Below are positions 1 through 9,207 of a stretch of 64,000 nt of DNA, in pieces (positions within the stretch are counted from its first letter, which is position 1; the number at the start of each line of letters is the position of its first letter). A model generated the notes under the pieces. The model did not search any database, was not told where the DNA came from, and saw only the letters and a program-made list of their open reading frames with translations. Made by a program: the position numbers and the translations under genes. The DNA is taken from NCBI GenBank assembly GCA_963666365.2, contig CAXXNF010000001.1, positions 160,001-224,000 on the forward strand. Reading direction: 5' to 3'. The DNA is from Syntrophales bacterium (GTDB lineage Bacteria; Desulfobacterota; Syntrophia; Syntrophales; UBA2210).

Positions 1-767
1 ATCATGGAAGGCGTGATTCCCCGCGCCAGCAGCTCCATTACCGCTTCTCCCGCTTCCTGGGCAAGCCGCTGTTTTTTTGACGACACCGCAGGCGCCGTGC
101 TGTCGCCGGTGAGACTCATGCCCAGCGCCTCGCAGAGGCAGGCCATCGTATTGGCCGTGCCCATGCCCCAGCAGGCCCCCGCACAGGGATAGAAGGACGC
201 AAGGCCTTCTTCCCGGATTTCTTCGGAAATATCCTGGATAAAGGTCTTTTTGAATGCACCGCCGGCACTGGAAACGGATACCTTGACCTTTTCCCGGGGC
301 CAGAACCCGGGAGGCATGGGACCGCCGGTGACAATGACGGTCGGAATATCCACCCGGGCCGCCGCCATCAGAAAGGCCGGCAGAATCTTGTCACAGGACC
401 CGACGAGCACTGCGGCATCGTAGGCATGGGCCCGAAGCCCCAGTTCAATTGAATCGGCGATGATCTGACGGCTGGGCAGAATGTATTTCATCCCCTCATG
501 GCCGTTGGCAAGGCCATCACAGAGCGACAGCGTGAAGAACTCCGTAGGGGTGCCCCCTGCGCTGTTCACCCCCGCCTTCACCCGTGCCGCAAGGGTTTTC
601 AGATGCATGTGCCCGGGATGCATCTCATTGTAGGTGTTGACGACGGCTACAAGCGGCTTTTTCATTTCCTTGTAGGTAAGGCCGCAGGCATAGAGCATGG
701 AGCGGCGCACCATCGACATTGGATCATTTTCGGAATAGACTCGGCTGAATTTCTTTCCCTCCATCAT
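1..767 (-). CDS. ilvD: Dihydroxy-acid dehydratase, 5' part (runs off window start)
   Basis: Manual minus-strand translation from ATG at 767 (GGAGG RBS upstream): KPLVAVVNTYNEMHPGHMHL, GSCDKILP, YPCAGACWGMGTANTMACLCEALGMSL are IlvD/Edd family motifs. Confidence 0.9.
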   Translation of the reverse strand, partial: MMEGKKFSRVYSENDPMSMVRRSMLYACGLTYKEMKKPLVAVVNTYNEMHPGHMHLKTLAARVKAGVNSAGGTPTEFFTLSLCDGLANGHEGMKYILPSRQIIADSIELGLRAHAYDAAVLVGSCDKILPAFLMAAARVDIPTVIVTGGPMPPGFWPREKVKVSVSSAGGAFKKTFIQDISEEIREEGLASFYPCAGACWGMGTANTMACLCEALGMSLTGDSTAPAVSSKKQRLAQEAGEAVMELLARGITPSM

Positions 768-840
768 ACTTCCTCCATCGTGAAATTTATCGGACTGAAT
801 AGTAAAAAAATATAAGCAACCTCCTACCTATCCTACCCTT

Positions 841-893
841 CCCTACTTTTCATACTTTTCATACTTTTCTTACTTTTCTTACTTTTCTTACTT
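841..893. repeat. Short tandem repeat, about 5 imperfect 9-10 bp units (TACTTTTTC[A/T])
   Basis: Visible directly; overlaps the MFS stop codon and the ilvD upstream region. Confidence 0.75.
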
Positions 894-2177
894 TCCCTCA
901 TAGAGAGCGGGTTCCCGCGGTTTGAGAAACATCATGAGCACGGCGACTATAATCAGTATTACAAGGTTGATCCGCCATGCCGACGTGTAGGATCCCGTCG
1001 TGTCATAGATCAGACCTCCCAGCAGGGGTCCCAGGCTGCCGATGCCGGCCACAAAAAAGGAAAGCGTTCCGTAGGCGGAACCGAGTGTCTGTCTGCCGAA
1101 ACGGTCTGAAAGAATCACCGGCATGAGGGGCGCCATGCATCCATAGCCGAAACCGAATACGACAGCGAACAGATAAAGCATCCCCACCGTGGCAACCTTC
1201 AGCATGAGCGCCATTGCCGCCGCCATGATGCTGAACCCGATGACGGCTGCGTATTTGGGATCGCGAAGCCGGTCACTGACGAACCCGTGAAAGAACCTTC
1301 CGAAGATACTCGCCACGCCGATGATGCCCAGCGACGATGCAGCGGCGATCTTTTCGATATTGCAGTTTGTGGCATGGGCTACCAGGTGTACGAACATCAT
1401 CAGGGGAACAATCGCGGCAGCACTGAAACAGACGGCAAGAATCCAGAAGCGTGAATTCTTTAGAATTGATGTCATGGTAAGGGCGGTATCGTCCTTAAAC
1501 TGTTCAGTGCCCAAAGGTGCACCGGCACGAATCGACTCGCCATCGGGCAGAAGTCCGTGCGCCTCGGGATTTGATTTCCCCATGCAGATTTGGGCAACCA
1601 CTACGCCAAAGAGAACCATACACACACCGATGGACAAAAAGCCGGTGCGCCAGCCGAAATTCTTCACCGCCCATCCCGCATAGGGGGTCATAAGCATGGT
1701 GCCCAGGCCGATCCCCATGCTGGCAACTCCCACGGCAATCCCCTTTTTTCTGATGAACCATTTTCCCACGGAAGAACTGTTAATCACCACACCGAACCCG
1801 GCCGAGCCAAGTCCGCAGAGCACACCGAAAAACAGATAGATTTGATAGGGGTGCCGAGCAATCCCCATAAGACCGAACCCGAGGGCTGACAACACGACCC
1901 CGATGGTCATGATCCACCGGGGGGCCATACGATCCAGAAGCCTTCCCGCCACCACGCCGCTTGCGGCATACATGAGAAGATTCACGGTGGCTCCGAGCGA
2001 AATGGTCGACATGGACCACCCGTACTCGGAAAACATGGGTTTTACGAAAACACCAAAGCTGTACCGGGCGCCGTAATTGATCCCCAGCATAAAAAACGCT
2101 CCGATCACCACCACCCAGCCCCAGTAAATGCCGTTGTGCACCTCTACAGGACCGGTCCCGGACATGTCGGACCTCAT
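888..2177 (-). CDS. MFS transporter (OFA/MCT-like)
   Basis: About 12 hydrophobic segments; YWGWVVV start, GRLLDRMAPR motif A, KWFIRKKGIAVG. Start placed at MRSDM with GGAGG RBS. Confidence 0.9.
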   Translation of the reverse strand: MRSDMSGTGPVEVHNGIYWGWVVVIGAFFMLGINYGARYSFGVFVKPMFSEYGWSMSTISLGATVNLLMYAASGVVAGRLLDRMAPRWIMTIGVVLSALGFGLMGIARHPYQIYLFFGVLCGLGSAGFGVVINSSSVGKWFIRKKGIAVGVASMGIGLGTMLMTPYAGWAVKNFGWRTGFLSIGVCMVLFGVVVAQICMGKSNPEAHGLLPDGESIRAGAPLGTEQFKDDTALTMTSILKNSRFWILAVCFSAAAIVPLMMFVHLVAHATNCNIEKIAAASSLGIIGVASIFGRFFHGFVSDRLRDPKYAAVIGFSIMAAAMALMLKVATVGMLYLFAVVFGFGYGCMAPLMPVILSDRFGRQTLGSAYGTLSFFVAGIGSLGPLLGGLIYDTTGSYTSAWRINLVILIIVAVLMMFLKPREPALYEGK

Positions 2178-2305
2178 CGTCCCTCCTTCGTTATTTTTCT
2201 CGATGTTCTCCCATTTTTCTCCCCCCGGAAGGCTCGCCTTTACGGCAGCCAATAACTGTGATAGGCTGATCCGGCAAAGAAGAAAGTGAGAACACAATTA
2301 TTTCT

Positions 2306-4396
2306 ATGGCACAAGCGGACGAATTCCACAAGCCCGGAAAAAAATCACAAGGATATAGACGCCGGAGGAAAGGGCCTTCCCGCGGACAGGAGCAGGCGCA
2401 TGAACCCCGAAGAATGAAGGCCGAGGTCGAACCGGAGTTACAGGGAATTTTTTCCCGCATCGGCAAACCGGAGCAGGCCCCCTTTATTCCCGATCCCTTC
2501 CAGACCGAGGCGCTTGACGCCATCACCGGAACGGATTGTCTCGTTTCGGCCCCCACGGGGTCAGGAAAAACCTGGATCGCCCAGGAGGCTATCGCCCATA
2601 CCCTGGCCCGTGGTGGACGCTGCTGGTACGCCTCGCCCCTGAAGGCACTCTCCAATGCCAAGTGGGTCGAATTCAGCGAACTTTTCGGCAACAACCGTGT
2701 GGGAATCCTGACGGGAGACACGAAGGAAAACGCCGATGCCGAAGTAATCGTAGGCACGACGGAAATTCTACGAAATCAGCTTTATGACGCGATGCATACA
2801 GGAGAAATGCTGAACTGCGATCTGGTGATTCTCGACGAGGCCCATTTTCTGGGTGACGAAGACCGCGGCGTAGTCTGGGAAGAAATCATGATCTACCTGC
2901 CCACCCGCATCAATCTGCTTCTCCTTTCAGCAACCATCGGCAACGCCGAAGAAATCGCCGGATGGCTCCAGTCCATTCGGGACAAGCAATGCATCGTCAT
3001 AGAGGAAACAAAACGACCCGTTCCTCTCTATCCGCTCTTTCTTCACCCCTCGGGACGGGTGCTGCCCCTGCTTTCAAAACGGGCACTTCATGAGAAGGTG
3101 ACCGCCTTTCTCGAAAAGTCCCGCGGCGGGGGACGCTTCAGACGGGTAGAACCCTTTGACGACATACTGCATGTCCTGCGGGAGCTGAACCTGCTCCCGG
3201 CGCTTTTCTTTCTGAAATCACGCGAAGAATGCAACACCGCCGTCACCCTCTGCCGCAGCCGCGTAGGGCGGATTGATCAGGGAAACTTCGAACATGAACT
3301 TGACACCTATCTTGAACGATACCCTTTCCTCAAAAACCATAAACAGATCGGCGGTCTGAGAAAGCTTCGCGTGGGCGCCCACCATGGCGGCCAATTGCCG
3401 GCATGGAAGTTCCTGGTGGAACATATGATGAAAAGCGGTTACCTCGATGCCGTCTTTGCCACATCGACGGTGGCGGCGGGGGTCAATTTCCCGGCCCGCA
3501 CCGTGGTGATCTTCAATTCCGACCGGTACAACGGCCACGAGTTCCTCCCCCTGGACGCAACGGCCTTTCATCAGATGACGGGGCGGGCTGGACGGCGCGG
3601 TCTGGACAAGATCGGATTCATGGTGGCCGTTCCGGGGCGGTTTATGGATCTTCGGCACGTACGAACCCTGCTCGCCAAACGACCGGAAAAAATCGAAAGC
3701 CAGATAAAAAACGACTTTTCAATGGTCCTGAACCTTCTGCTTTCTCATCACCCCCATGAAATCAGGACCATTTTCGAATCATCCCTTGCCGATTTCCGGC
3801 CATCGCGAAAAAAACGCCCCATGAGCGGCGGCCTCTGGGAAGAATTCAACCGATACCTGGCATTCCTGAAGGAGGAAGGCTACGTGGACCAACGAAACTT
3901 CCTGACCGATAAGGGAATCTGGACCTCACAGCTTCGCCTCGATCAGCCGCTTCTCATCGCCCAGTGCGTCCAGGATAAGGCCTTTCCCGAAGATGATCCG
4001 GCGCTTCTGGCCGCAGTGGTGGCGCCTTTCGTCTATGACCGAAACCATGACATAACGCTCGCCAAGAGCAGCATTCCAAAGAAATTGAGGAAGGCCTACG
4101 GGGTGATGATCAACGCGGTGAATCCTGTATCCCTGAAAATGAACGGCGCAGGATTCGAGGTGACGCCCCTGCTTCCCTGGCCGGCCCTTGCCGTCTACCA
4201 CTGGTCGCGGGGACTGGACTGGAACCTGATCATAAGAACACTGCGCATCGCCGACGGCGACATGGCCATGCTGGTCACGAGAACCGCCGACAACCTCCAG
4301 CAGATCGCATCCCTCAGAGAAACCCACCCCAAAATAGCCGCCTGCGCCGTAGAGGCAAAAAAACTCATCATGAGAGAACCGGTGGTGTTTGAGTAA
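2306..4396 (+). CDS. DEAD/DEAH-box helicase, Ski2/HelY-like
   Basis: APTGSGKT Walker A, SPLKALSN, DEAH, SAT, HHGG, QMTGRAGRRG. Confidence 0.92.
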   Translation: MAQADEFHKPGKKSQGYRRRRKGPSRGQEQAHEPRRMKAEVEPELQGIFSRIGKPEQAPFIPDPFQTEALDAITGTDCLVSAPTGSGKTWIAQEAIAHTLARGGRCWYASPLKALSNAKWVEFSELFGNNRVGILTGDTKENADAEVIVGTTEILRNQLYDAMHTGEMLNCDLVILDEAHFLGDEDRGVVWEEIMIYLPTRINLLLLSATIGNAEEIAGWLQSIRDKQCIVIEETKRPVPLYPLFLHPSGRVLPLLSKRALHEKVTAFLEKSRGGGRFRRVEPFDDILHVLRELNLLPALFFLKSREECNTAVTLCRSRVGRIDQGNFEHELDTYLERYPFLKNHKQIGGLRKLRVGAHHGGQLPAWKFLVEHMMKSGYLDAVFATSTVAAGVNFPARTVVIFNSDRYNGHEFLPLDATAFHQMTGRAGRRGLDKIGFMVAVPGRFMDLRHVRTLLAKRPEKIESQIKNDFSMVLNLLLSHHPHEIRTIFESSLADFRPSRKKRPMSGGLWEEFNRYLAFLKEEGYVDQRNFLTDKGIWTSQLRLDQPLLIAQCVQDKAFPEDDPALLAAVVAPFVYDRNHDITLAKSSIPKKLRKAYGVMINAVNPVSLKMNGAGFEVTPLLPWPALAVYHWSRGLDWNLIIRTLRIADGDMAMLVTRTADNLQQIASLRETHPKIAACAVEAKKLIMREPVVFE

Positions 4397-4536
4397 ACGT
4401 TCTATGTGCTACGTTCTATGTGCTATGTTGGCGGTTGAACTATATTTGTGTTCCCTGTTTTGCGTTCATCATCCTTTTTCCAGTACCTATCGCCCATAAC
4501 CTATAACCTTTTTTATTATATGCCGTCATTTGTTTC

Positions 4537-4566
4537 TTGACAGAAGGAGACCGATCGATATATAAG
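4537..4566 (+). promoter_or_regulatory. Sigma70-type promoter for tRNA-Glu
   Basis: TTGACA at 4537-4542 and TATATA/TATAAG at 4559-4566, about 45 nt upstream of the tRNA. Confidence 0.6.
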
Positions 4567-4611
4567 CCCGGTTTCTATCACGAAGCCTCAGCGATCGCGA
4601 TACAACCATGC

Positions 4612-4687
<76 letters not shown>

Positions 4688-4695
4688 ATAAATTC

Positions 4696-4725
4696 AGGCG
4701 GTTATTAACGTAACCGCCTTTTCTT
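4696..4725 (+). terminator. Intrinsic terminator after tRNA-Glu
   Basis: AGGCGGTTA / TAACCGCCT hairpin followed by a T-run. Confidence 0.85.
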
Positions 4726-5450
4726 ATTTGTGGGCGGACACACATGTGGACACACCGTAAGCCTTTTTTCCGGTTATTTCGAAAAATTTACATATCATAA
4801 CTATCTGATATTAATTATATAATATTTTCTAGGCCACCGGCGTAACAGGTCGATCACCAAGCTGCGAATGTTCAGATATTCATTACGTGATCATACGTCT
4901 CCCTGACTGACAATAGATCTCTTAATTCTAGAGGCAACATGAATGACGCGTGCCATCGTCTTTTGTTTTCACTCCTCTTCCTTCCCTTCGCCGTTCAATA
5001 AATGTCTCATCCTATTTTTATAATGCTGTGAGTACACCACCCCTGAACAAACCGTAATCAAAAGGATTAAAGATTCTCTCCATCAAGGCATCCCTTCAAA
5101 AACGAGAAATACTTCCCTGGACGGACACGTTGCGGGGACTTCAATTTCAGGCCTCCATGCCCCTGATTCGATAAAGAATATTATGTGAATAAATAAAAAC
5201 GGCCATAGCGGAGGGGTTAAAAAAGATTGACCCAGTATGGCCGTTTTATGATGTTTATTCGGAATAGTAGCTACTTACCTTTTCGTTTCGCTTCCTCCTC
5301 TTCCCTTTTGAATATCATCAATTAAACATAGTAAGGCTCGAAACACTTTGGCGCTGTCGGCCACGCAGGTGGAAATCCGATAAAACAATCCCCACAGGCA
5401 GCATCGGTAAAAGCCGGCCTCCTCGGCTAAAAACAAATATATAATCAAGC

Positions 5451-6128
5451 TTATTGAGCCTTCAGCTTCTGATCGCCGCCGCGCACTAATAGCTTCAATT
5501 GTGGCAAGAACATAAACATCAGATTTTCCTTCACCCATTTCTTGTATTCAGGGCTGCCAGGGGCCATCCCGAGAATGCCGGCATGATAGGCGCCGGCACC
5601 CAAATAATTTATGGCGAGTGTGTTGAAATTGTGGGCGAATCGCTCAATTTCCTGATCTGTTGCGCGTACTGAAGACGCTTTTTTAAAGACTGGTATGGTT
5701 CGGGCAACAAAATTCTGCAATAAAAAATAATTGGGAATGATTTGAGATTTGTTGGCCTGAACCAGGTTGAGGAGCACAATCCTCAAGGCCGCGGGATGTG
5801 TGTGCGTAAATGCAATCAGACGATCAATGTATAGAGACAATCCCTCCGTTGCATTCATGCCCCCGGTCTCATTGAGCCACTTCGTATTAGCCTGGTAGTA
5901 TTCATTCAATACATCCGAAAGAACCGCTTCGAAGAGCGCCGCCTTTGAAGAAAAATAGTACATGACAAGCTGGTAATTAAGACCGGCGGCATCCCCAACC
6001 ATTCGTATGCTCGCCGTGTGATAGGGATATTCAGAAAATATTTTTTTTGCGGCAGCGAGTATTTTTGCCGCGGTATCGGTTTTTCTTGTTACGGTTGGAA
6101 CCTGTGTGTGGGCGCTGTCTTTCTTCAA
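5451..6128 (-). CDS. TetR/AcrR family transcriptional regulator
   Basis: N-terminal KILAAAKKIFS...ASIRMVGDAAG...YYFSSKAALF helix-turn-helix; divergent from the dehalogenase cluster. TTG start is uncertain. Confidence 0.9.
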   Translation of the reverse strand: MKKDSAHTQVPTVTRKTDTAAKILAAAKKIFSEYPYHTASIRMVGDAAGLNYQLVMYYFSSKAALFEAVLSDVLNEYYQANTKWLNETGGMNATEGLSLYIDRLIAFTHTHPAALRIVLLNLVQANKSQIIPNYFLLQNFVARTIPVFKKASSVRATDQEIERFAHNFNTLAINYLGAGAYHAGILGMAPGSPEYKKWVKENLMFMFLPQLKLLVRGGDQKLKAQ

Positions 6129-6183
6129 TGAGGGCCATCCTGTTTCACGTATTCTTGGTATGTATTGATTAAACGAAAAGAAA

Positions 6184-6265
6184 TGTCAACATGTATTTTA
6201 CAGTCGTAAAATACATGTTGACAGGAAACGAGTCATAGGATAGGGGATATTTTACGATCGTAAAA
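6184..6265. promoter_or_regulatory. Divergent promoter region with two putative TetR operators TTTTAC-N4-GTAAAA
   Basis: Perfect 18-bp inverted repeat 6184-6223 with TTGACA at each outer end; second palindrome TTTTACGATCGTAAAA at 6250-6265. Confidence 0.8.
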
Positions 6266-6333
6266 AGGGCAGGAGTCATTCTATAGGTATTGGTATAATC
6301 GGATGAAAAACAATCTTATAAGGAGGCAGATAC

Positions 6334-7239
6334 ATGAAAGTGTTGAGAACACCCGACGAACGGTTTGAGAATCTTCCGGGCTATCCCTTCGCGCCACATT
6401 ATGCAGAGGTTCCCGACGGTGAAGACGGAACCCTGAGGATCCATTACGTGGATGAGGGACCACGGGACGCTGAGCCAGTGCTGCTGATGCACGGCGAACC
6501 CAGTTGGTCCTACCTGTACCGCACAATGATTCCCGTTATTACCAATGCCGGGCACAGGGCCATCGCGCCTGACCTGGTGGGTTTCGGTCGCTCTGATAAA
6601 CCGGCGGAGAGGGACAACTACACGTACCAGCGCCATGTGGACTGGATGCAGACCTGGCTGAACAAGACGGATCTGCAGGATATCACCCTCGTCTGCCAGG
6701 ACTGGGGCGGTCTGATCGGACTGCGCCTTGTGGCCGCAAATCTCGAACGGTTTGCCAGGGTGGTTGTCGCCAACACCGGTCTGCCCACGGGCGACCATTC
6801 CATTACCGACGCTTTTTTGAACTGGCGCACGTTTTCCATCGAAACACCGGATTTTGATGCCGGCGCTATCGTCGCCATGTCCACCCAAAATAAGATGACG
6901 GATGAGGTTATCGCCGCATACAACGCACCTTTTCCGGACGACAGCTATAAAGCTGGCGCCCGTATCTTTCCCTCCCTCGTGCCCATTGCACCGGACGATC
7001 CCGCATCCCAGGCCAACCGTCAGGCATGGGAAGTGTTTTCCACCTTTTCAAAACCATTCCTGACGTCCTTCAGTGACGGCGATCCCATCACGCGCGGTGG
7101 CGACCTCATTTTTCAACAAAAGATTCCCGGCGCACAGGGCCAACCCCATACAACGATCAGAGGGGCGGGACATTTTCTTCAGGAAGACAAGGGGGAGGAA
7201 TTTGCTGAGGTCGTTGTCAATTTCATAAAGAACGGATGA
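6334..7239 (+). CDS. Haloalkane dehalogenase (DhmA/DhlA-like alpha/beta hydrolase)
   Basis: LRTPDERF start, HGEPSWSYLYR, QDWGG nucleophile elbow, FSDGDPIT, GHFLQED catalytic His. Confidence 0.92.
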   Translation: MKVLRTPDERFENLPGYPFAPHYAEVPDGEDGTLRIHYVDEGPRDAEPVLLMHGEPSWSYLYRTMIPVITNAGHRAIAPDLVGFGRSDKPAERDNYTYQRHVDWMQTWLNKTDLQDITLVCQDWGGLIGLRLVAANLERFARVVVANTGLPTGDHSITDAFLNWRTFSIETPDFDAGAIVAMSTQNKMTDEVIAAYNAPFPDDSYKAGARIFPSLVPIAPDDPASQANRQAWEVFSTFSKPFLTSFSDGDPITRGGDLIFQQKIPGAQGQPHTTIRGAGHFLQEDKGEEFAEVVVNFIKNG

Positions 7240-7332
7240 TAGGAGATATGGCCGAGCTGGAAGATAAGATCAAAGCGTTCGCAAAAAAAGCGGGGTCTGA
7301 ACGGCAGAATTACACGCGCATCAGGAGGCAGT

Positions 7333-7480
7333 ATGACTGACAAAAATTCGTTTCCCGCCGACAATGGGTTCAAGGACCCGGCAGGCATTTAACAAACGCA
7401 TGGCCGAAGTGGATCAGCACCCCGACGGTGAAGACCTGCAAAAGGCGCGGGATTTCGCCAAAGGCATCCTGGCCAAATAG
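7333..7480 (+). pseudogene. Chimeric scar: RdhA-like N-terminus joined to a flavodoxin-like C-terminus
   Basis: AGGAGG + MTDKNSFPADNGFKDPAG resembles NNGFNDPA of the 17842 protein; a shifted frame then reads AFNKRMAEVDQHPDGEDLQKARDFAKGILAK*. Confidence 0.55.
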
Positions 7481-7521
7481 CAAAGAGAAAATAGGCACAT
7501 CGATTCAAAGGAGGGAAAGAC

Positions 7522-8628
7522 ATGGGTGAGCAGACTTACATTCAGATCGCAGAGAACGTGGACAAGAATTTTCAGACCGCCCCAAAGGCCGGCGATGAAC
7601 TTTCGCAGGCTTTTATCGCCTATCTGAAAATAGTGTATACCCCGGAAGAAGCCAAGGTGGTTCGGCATATGTTTATGTTCCCGATGACAAAGACCTTGGA
7701 GGAGTTGGCGGAGGCAACGGGGAAAAGCCCTGAGAAGGTGCAAAACATCCTCGCTCCGTTGATCGCAAAAGGCTTCATCAACGCTTCCAGGGCCGGGGTC
7801 TGCATCCCGGCTATGCCGGACCTGGTGAACCTGCACATGTTTTACCCTGACATCAAACCGGAGGACCAGGAGGCAGCCAGACTCTACCAGCAGTTTTTCA
7901 TCAAGGAGAAATACTATAAATACTACGCCACTTCGGGAAAGGGCACCCCCGCGCTTCGGGCGATTCCCATCGACAAGACCATTCATCCCGAGGAAAAAAT
8001 CTTTACGGCTGAAGAAGCCCACCAGTTCATCCATAATCTTCCGACCGAGGATTTTCAACTGGTTCCCTGCCCCTGCCGCACACGTACGGAAAAACTGGGT
8101 ATCCGTGAATGCCGGGACAGGTTCCCCATCGGAAGTTGTATTTTTATCGGCGGCACGGCAAGGCATTTCAAGAAACTGGGGTTGGGCGGCCGGGTCACCC
8201 GAGAACAAGCCGTCAAGTACCTGGACGACATGGTGGAACTCGGCCTGGTTCCCACCACCCAGAATCACATGGCCGGAAACTTCGGCCTGATGTGCCTGTG
8301 CTGCGGCTGCTGCTGCTCCAACTTGCGGGGCCGCACGGTCTGGGACAACCCCACGGCGGTACTGCCTTCCTCCTTCATCCCCATCGCCGGAGAAGATTGC
8401 GTGCAGTGCGGAATCTGCGTCGACCGCTGCATGCTCGGGGCACTTCACCTGGACGAGGGAGAAGAAAAGGTGGTGGTGGATGCTGAAAAATGCATCGGCT
8501 GCGGCGTCTGCGCCGTCGCCTGCCCTACGGAAGCCTTGAAGCTCCATCGCATCGATCGGCCGGAAAAGCCCTTCGATACCGGTATGGAGTGGTATATGAC
8601 CGTGGCACAGGAAAACAACCGGCTGTAG
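7522..8628 (+). CDS. Cys-rich 4Fe-4S dicluster protein with N-terminal HTH-like region
   Basis: CPCR, CLCCGCCC and two C-terminal CxxCxxCxxxC motifs. Confidence 0.88.
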   Translation: MGEQTYIQIAENVDKNFQTAPKAGDELSQAFIAYLKIVYTPEEAKVVRHMFMFPMTKTLEELAEATGKSPEKVQNILAPLIAKGFINASRAGVCIPAMPDLVNLHMFYPDIKPEDQEAARLYQQFFIKEKYYKYYATSGKGTPALRAIPIDKTIHPEEKIFTAEEAHQFIHNLPTEDFQLVPCPCRTRTEKLGIRECRDRFPIGSCIFIGGTARHFKKLGLGGRVTREQAVKYLDDMVELGLVPTTQNHMAGNFGLMCLCCGCCCSNLRGRTVWDNPTAVLPSSFIPIAGEDCVQCGICVDRCMLGALHLDEGEEKVVVDAEKCIGCGVCAVACPTEALKLHRIDRPEKPFDTGMEWYMTVAQENNRL

Positions 8629-8655
8629 CCGTCTACAATTTAAGGAGGACTAAAC

Positions 8656-9143
8656 ATGATAGATCCTGTGTACAAAGATATAGTTGATGTCATGAGCGAA
8701 AGAGGAGTGGCTTGGGGGCGATCTCATTTTTCAAAATAAGATCCCCGGCGCGGAGGACCAACCCCGTACAATGATCAAAGGGGCGGGACATTTTCTTCAG
8801 GAAGACAAGGGGGAGGAATTTGCCACGTCATCGTAGACTTCATCGCCAAAACGCCGGTGCGGCGTCGTATGCCCGGTACGCGAAGAAGGTGGACAGGTTT
8901 CTGAAAGATGTCGGGGGCACGGTAACGTACATGGGAAAAATGAATGAGTTGTTGATCGGTCATGAAACCTGGGATGCCATCATCCTCGTGCAGTATCCAT
9001 CCAGAAAAGCGTACCTGAAAATGGTCAACGATCCTGACTATCTGAAAATACATAAGTATCGAGCAGCGGCCATCGATCGTTCCGTTCTCTATGCCATCGA
9101 TGAGATGGATGCGCAAGAGCTCTTCTTTGGGGCGAAGTCATAG
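8656..9143 (+). pseudogene. Three-part scar: Fe-S-protein-like start, haloalkane dehalogenase 3' fragment, 5'-truncated DUF1330 gene
   Basis: AAGGAGG + MIDPVYKDIVDVMSERG; 8779-8823 is identical (45 nt) to 7161-7205; then GAASYARY...WDAIILVQYPSRKAY (DUF1330-like). Confidence 0.75.
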
Positions 9144-9207
9144 GGCAAGACAGCCATCTTGTTCATGCCGCACGTGTACATCTGTTATAGTAAGAAAGGG
9201 GGAAACA

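Noticed and set aside
7414..8547. 377-aa minus-strand ORF (likewise 43021-44046 and 56642-57529)
   Set aside because: Each overlaps a well-supported gene on the opposite strand.
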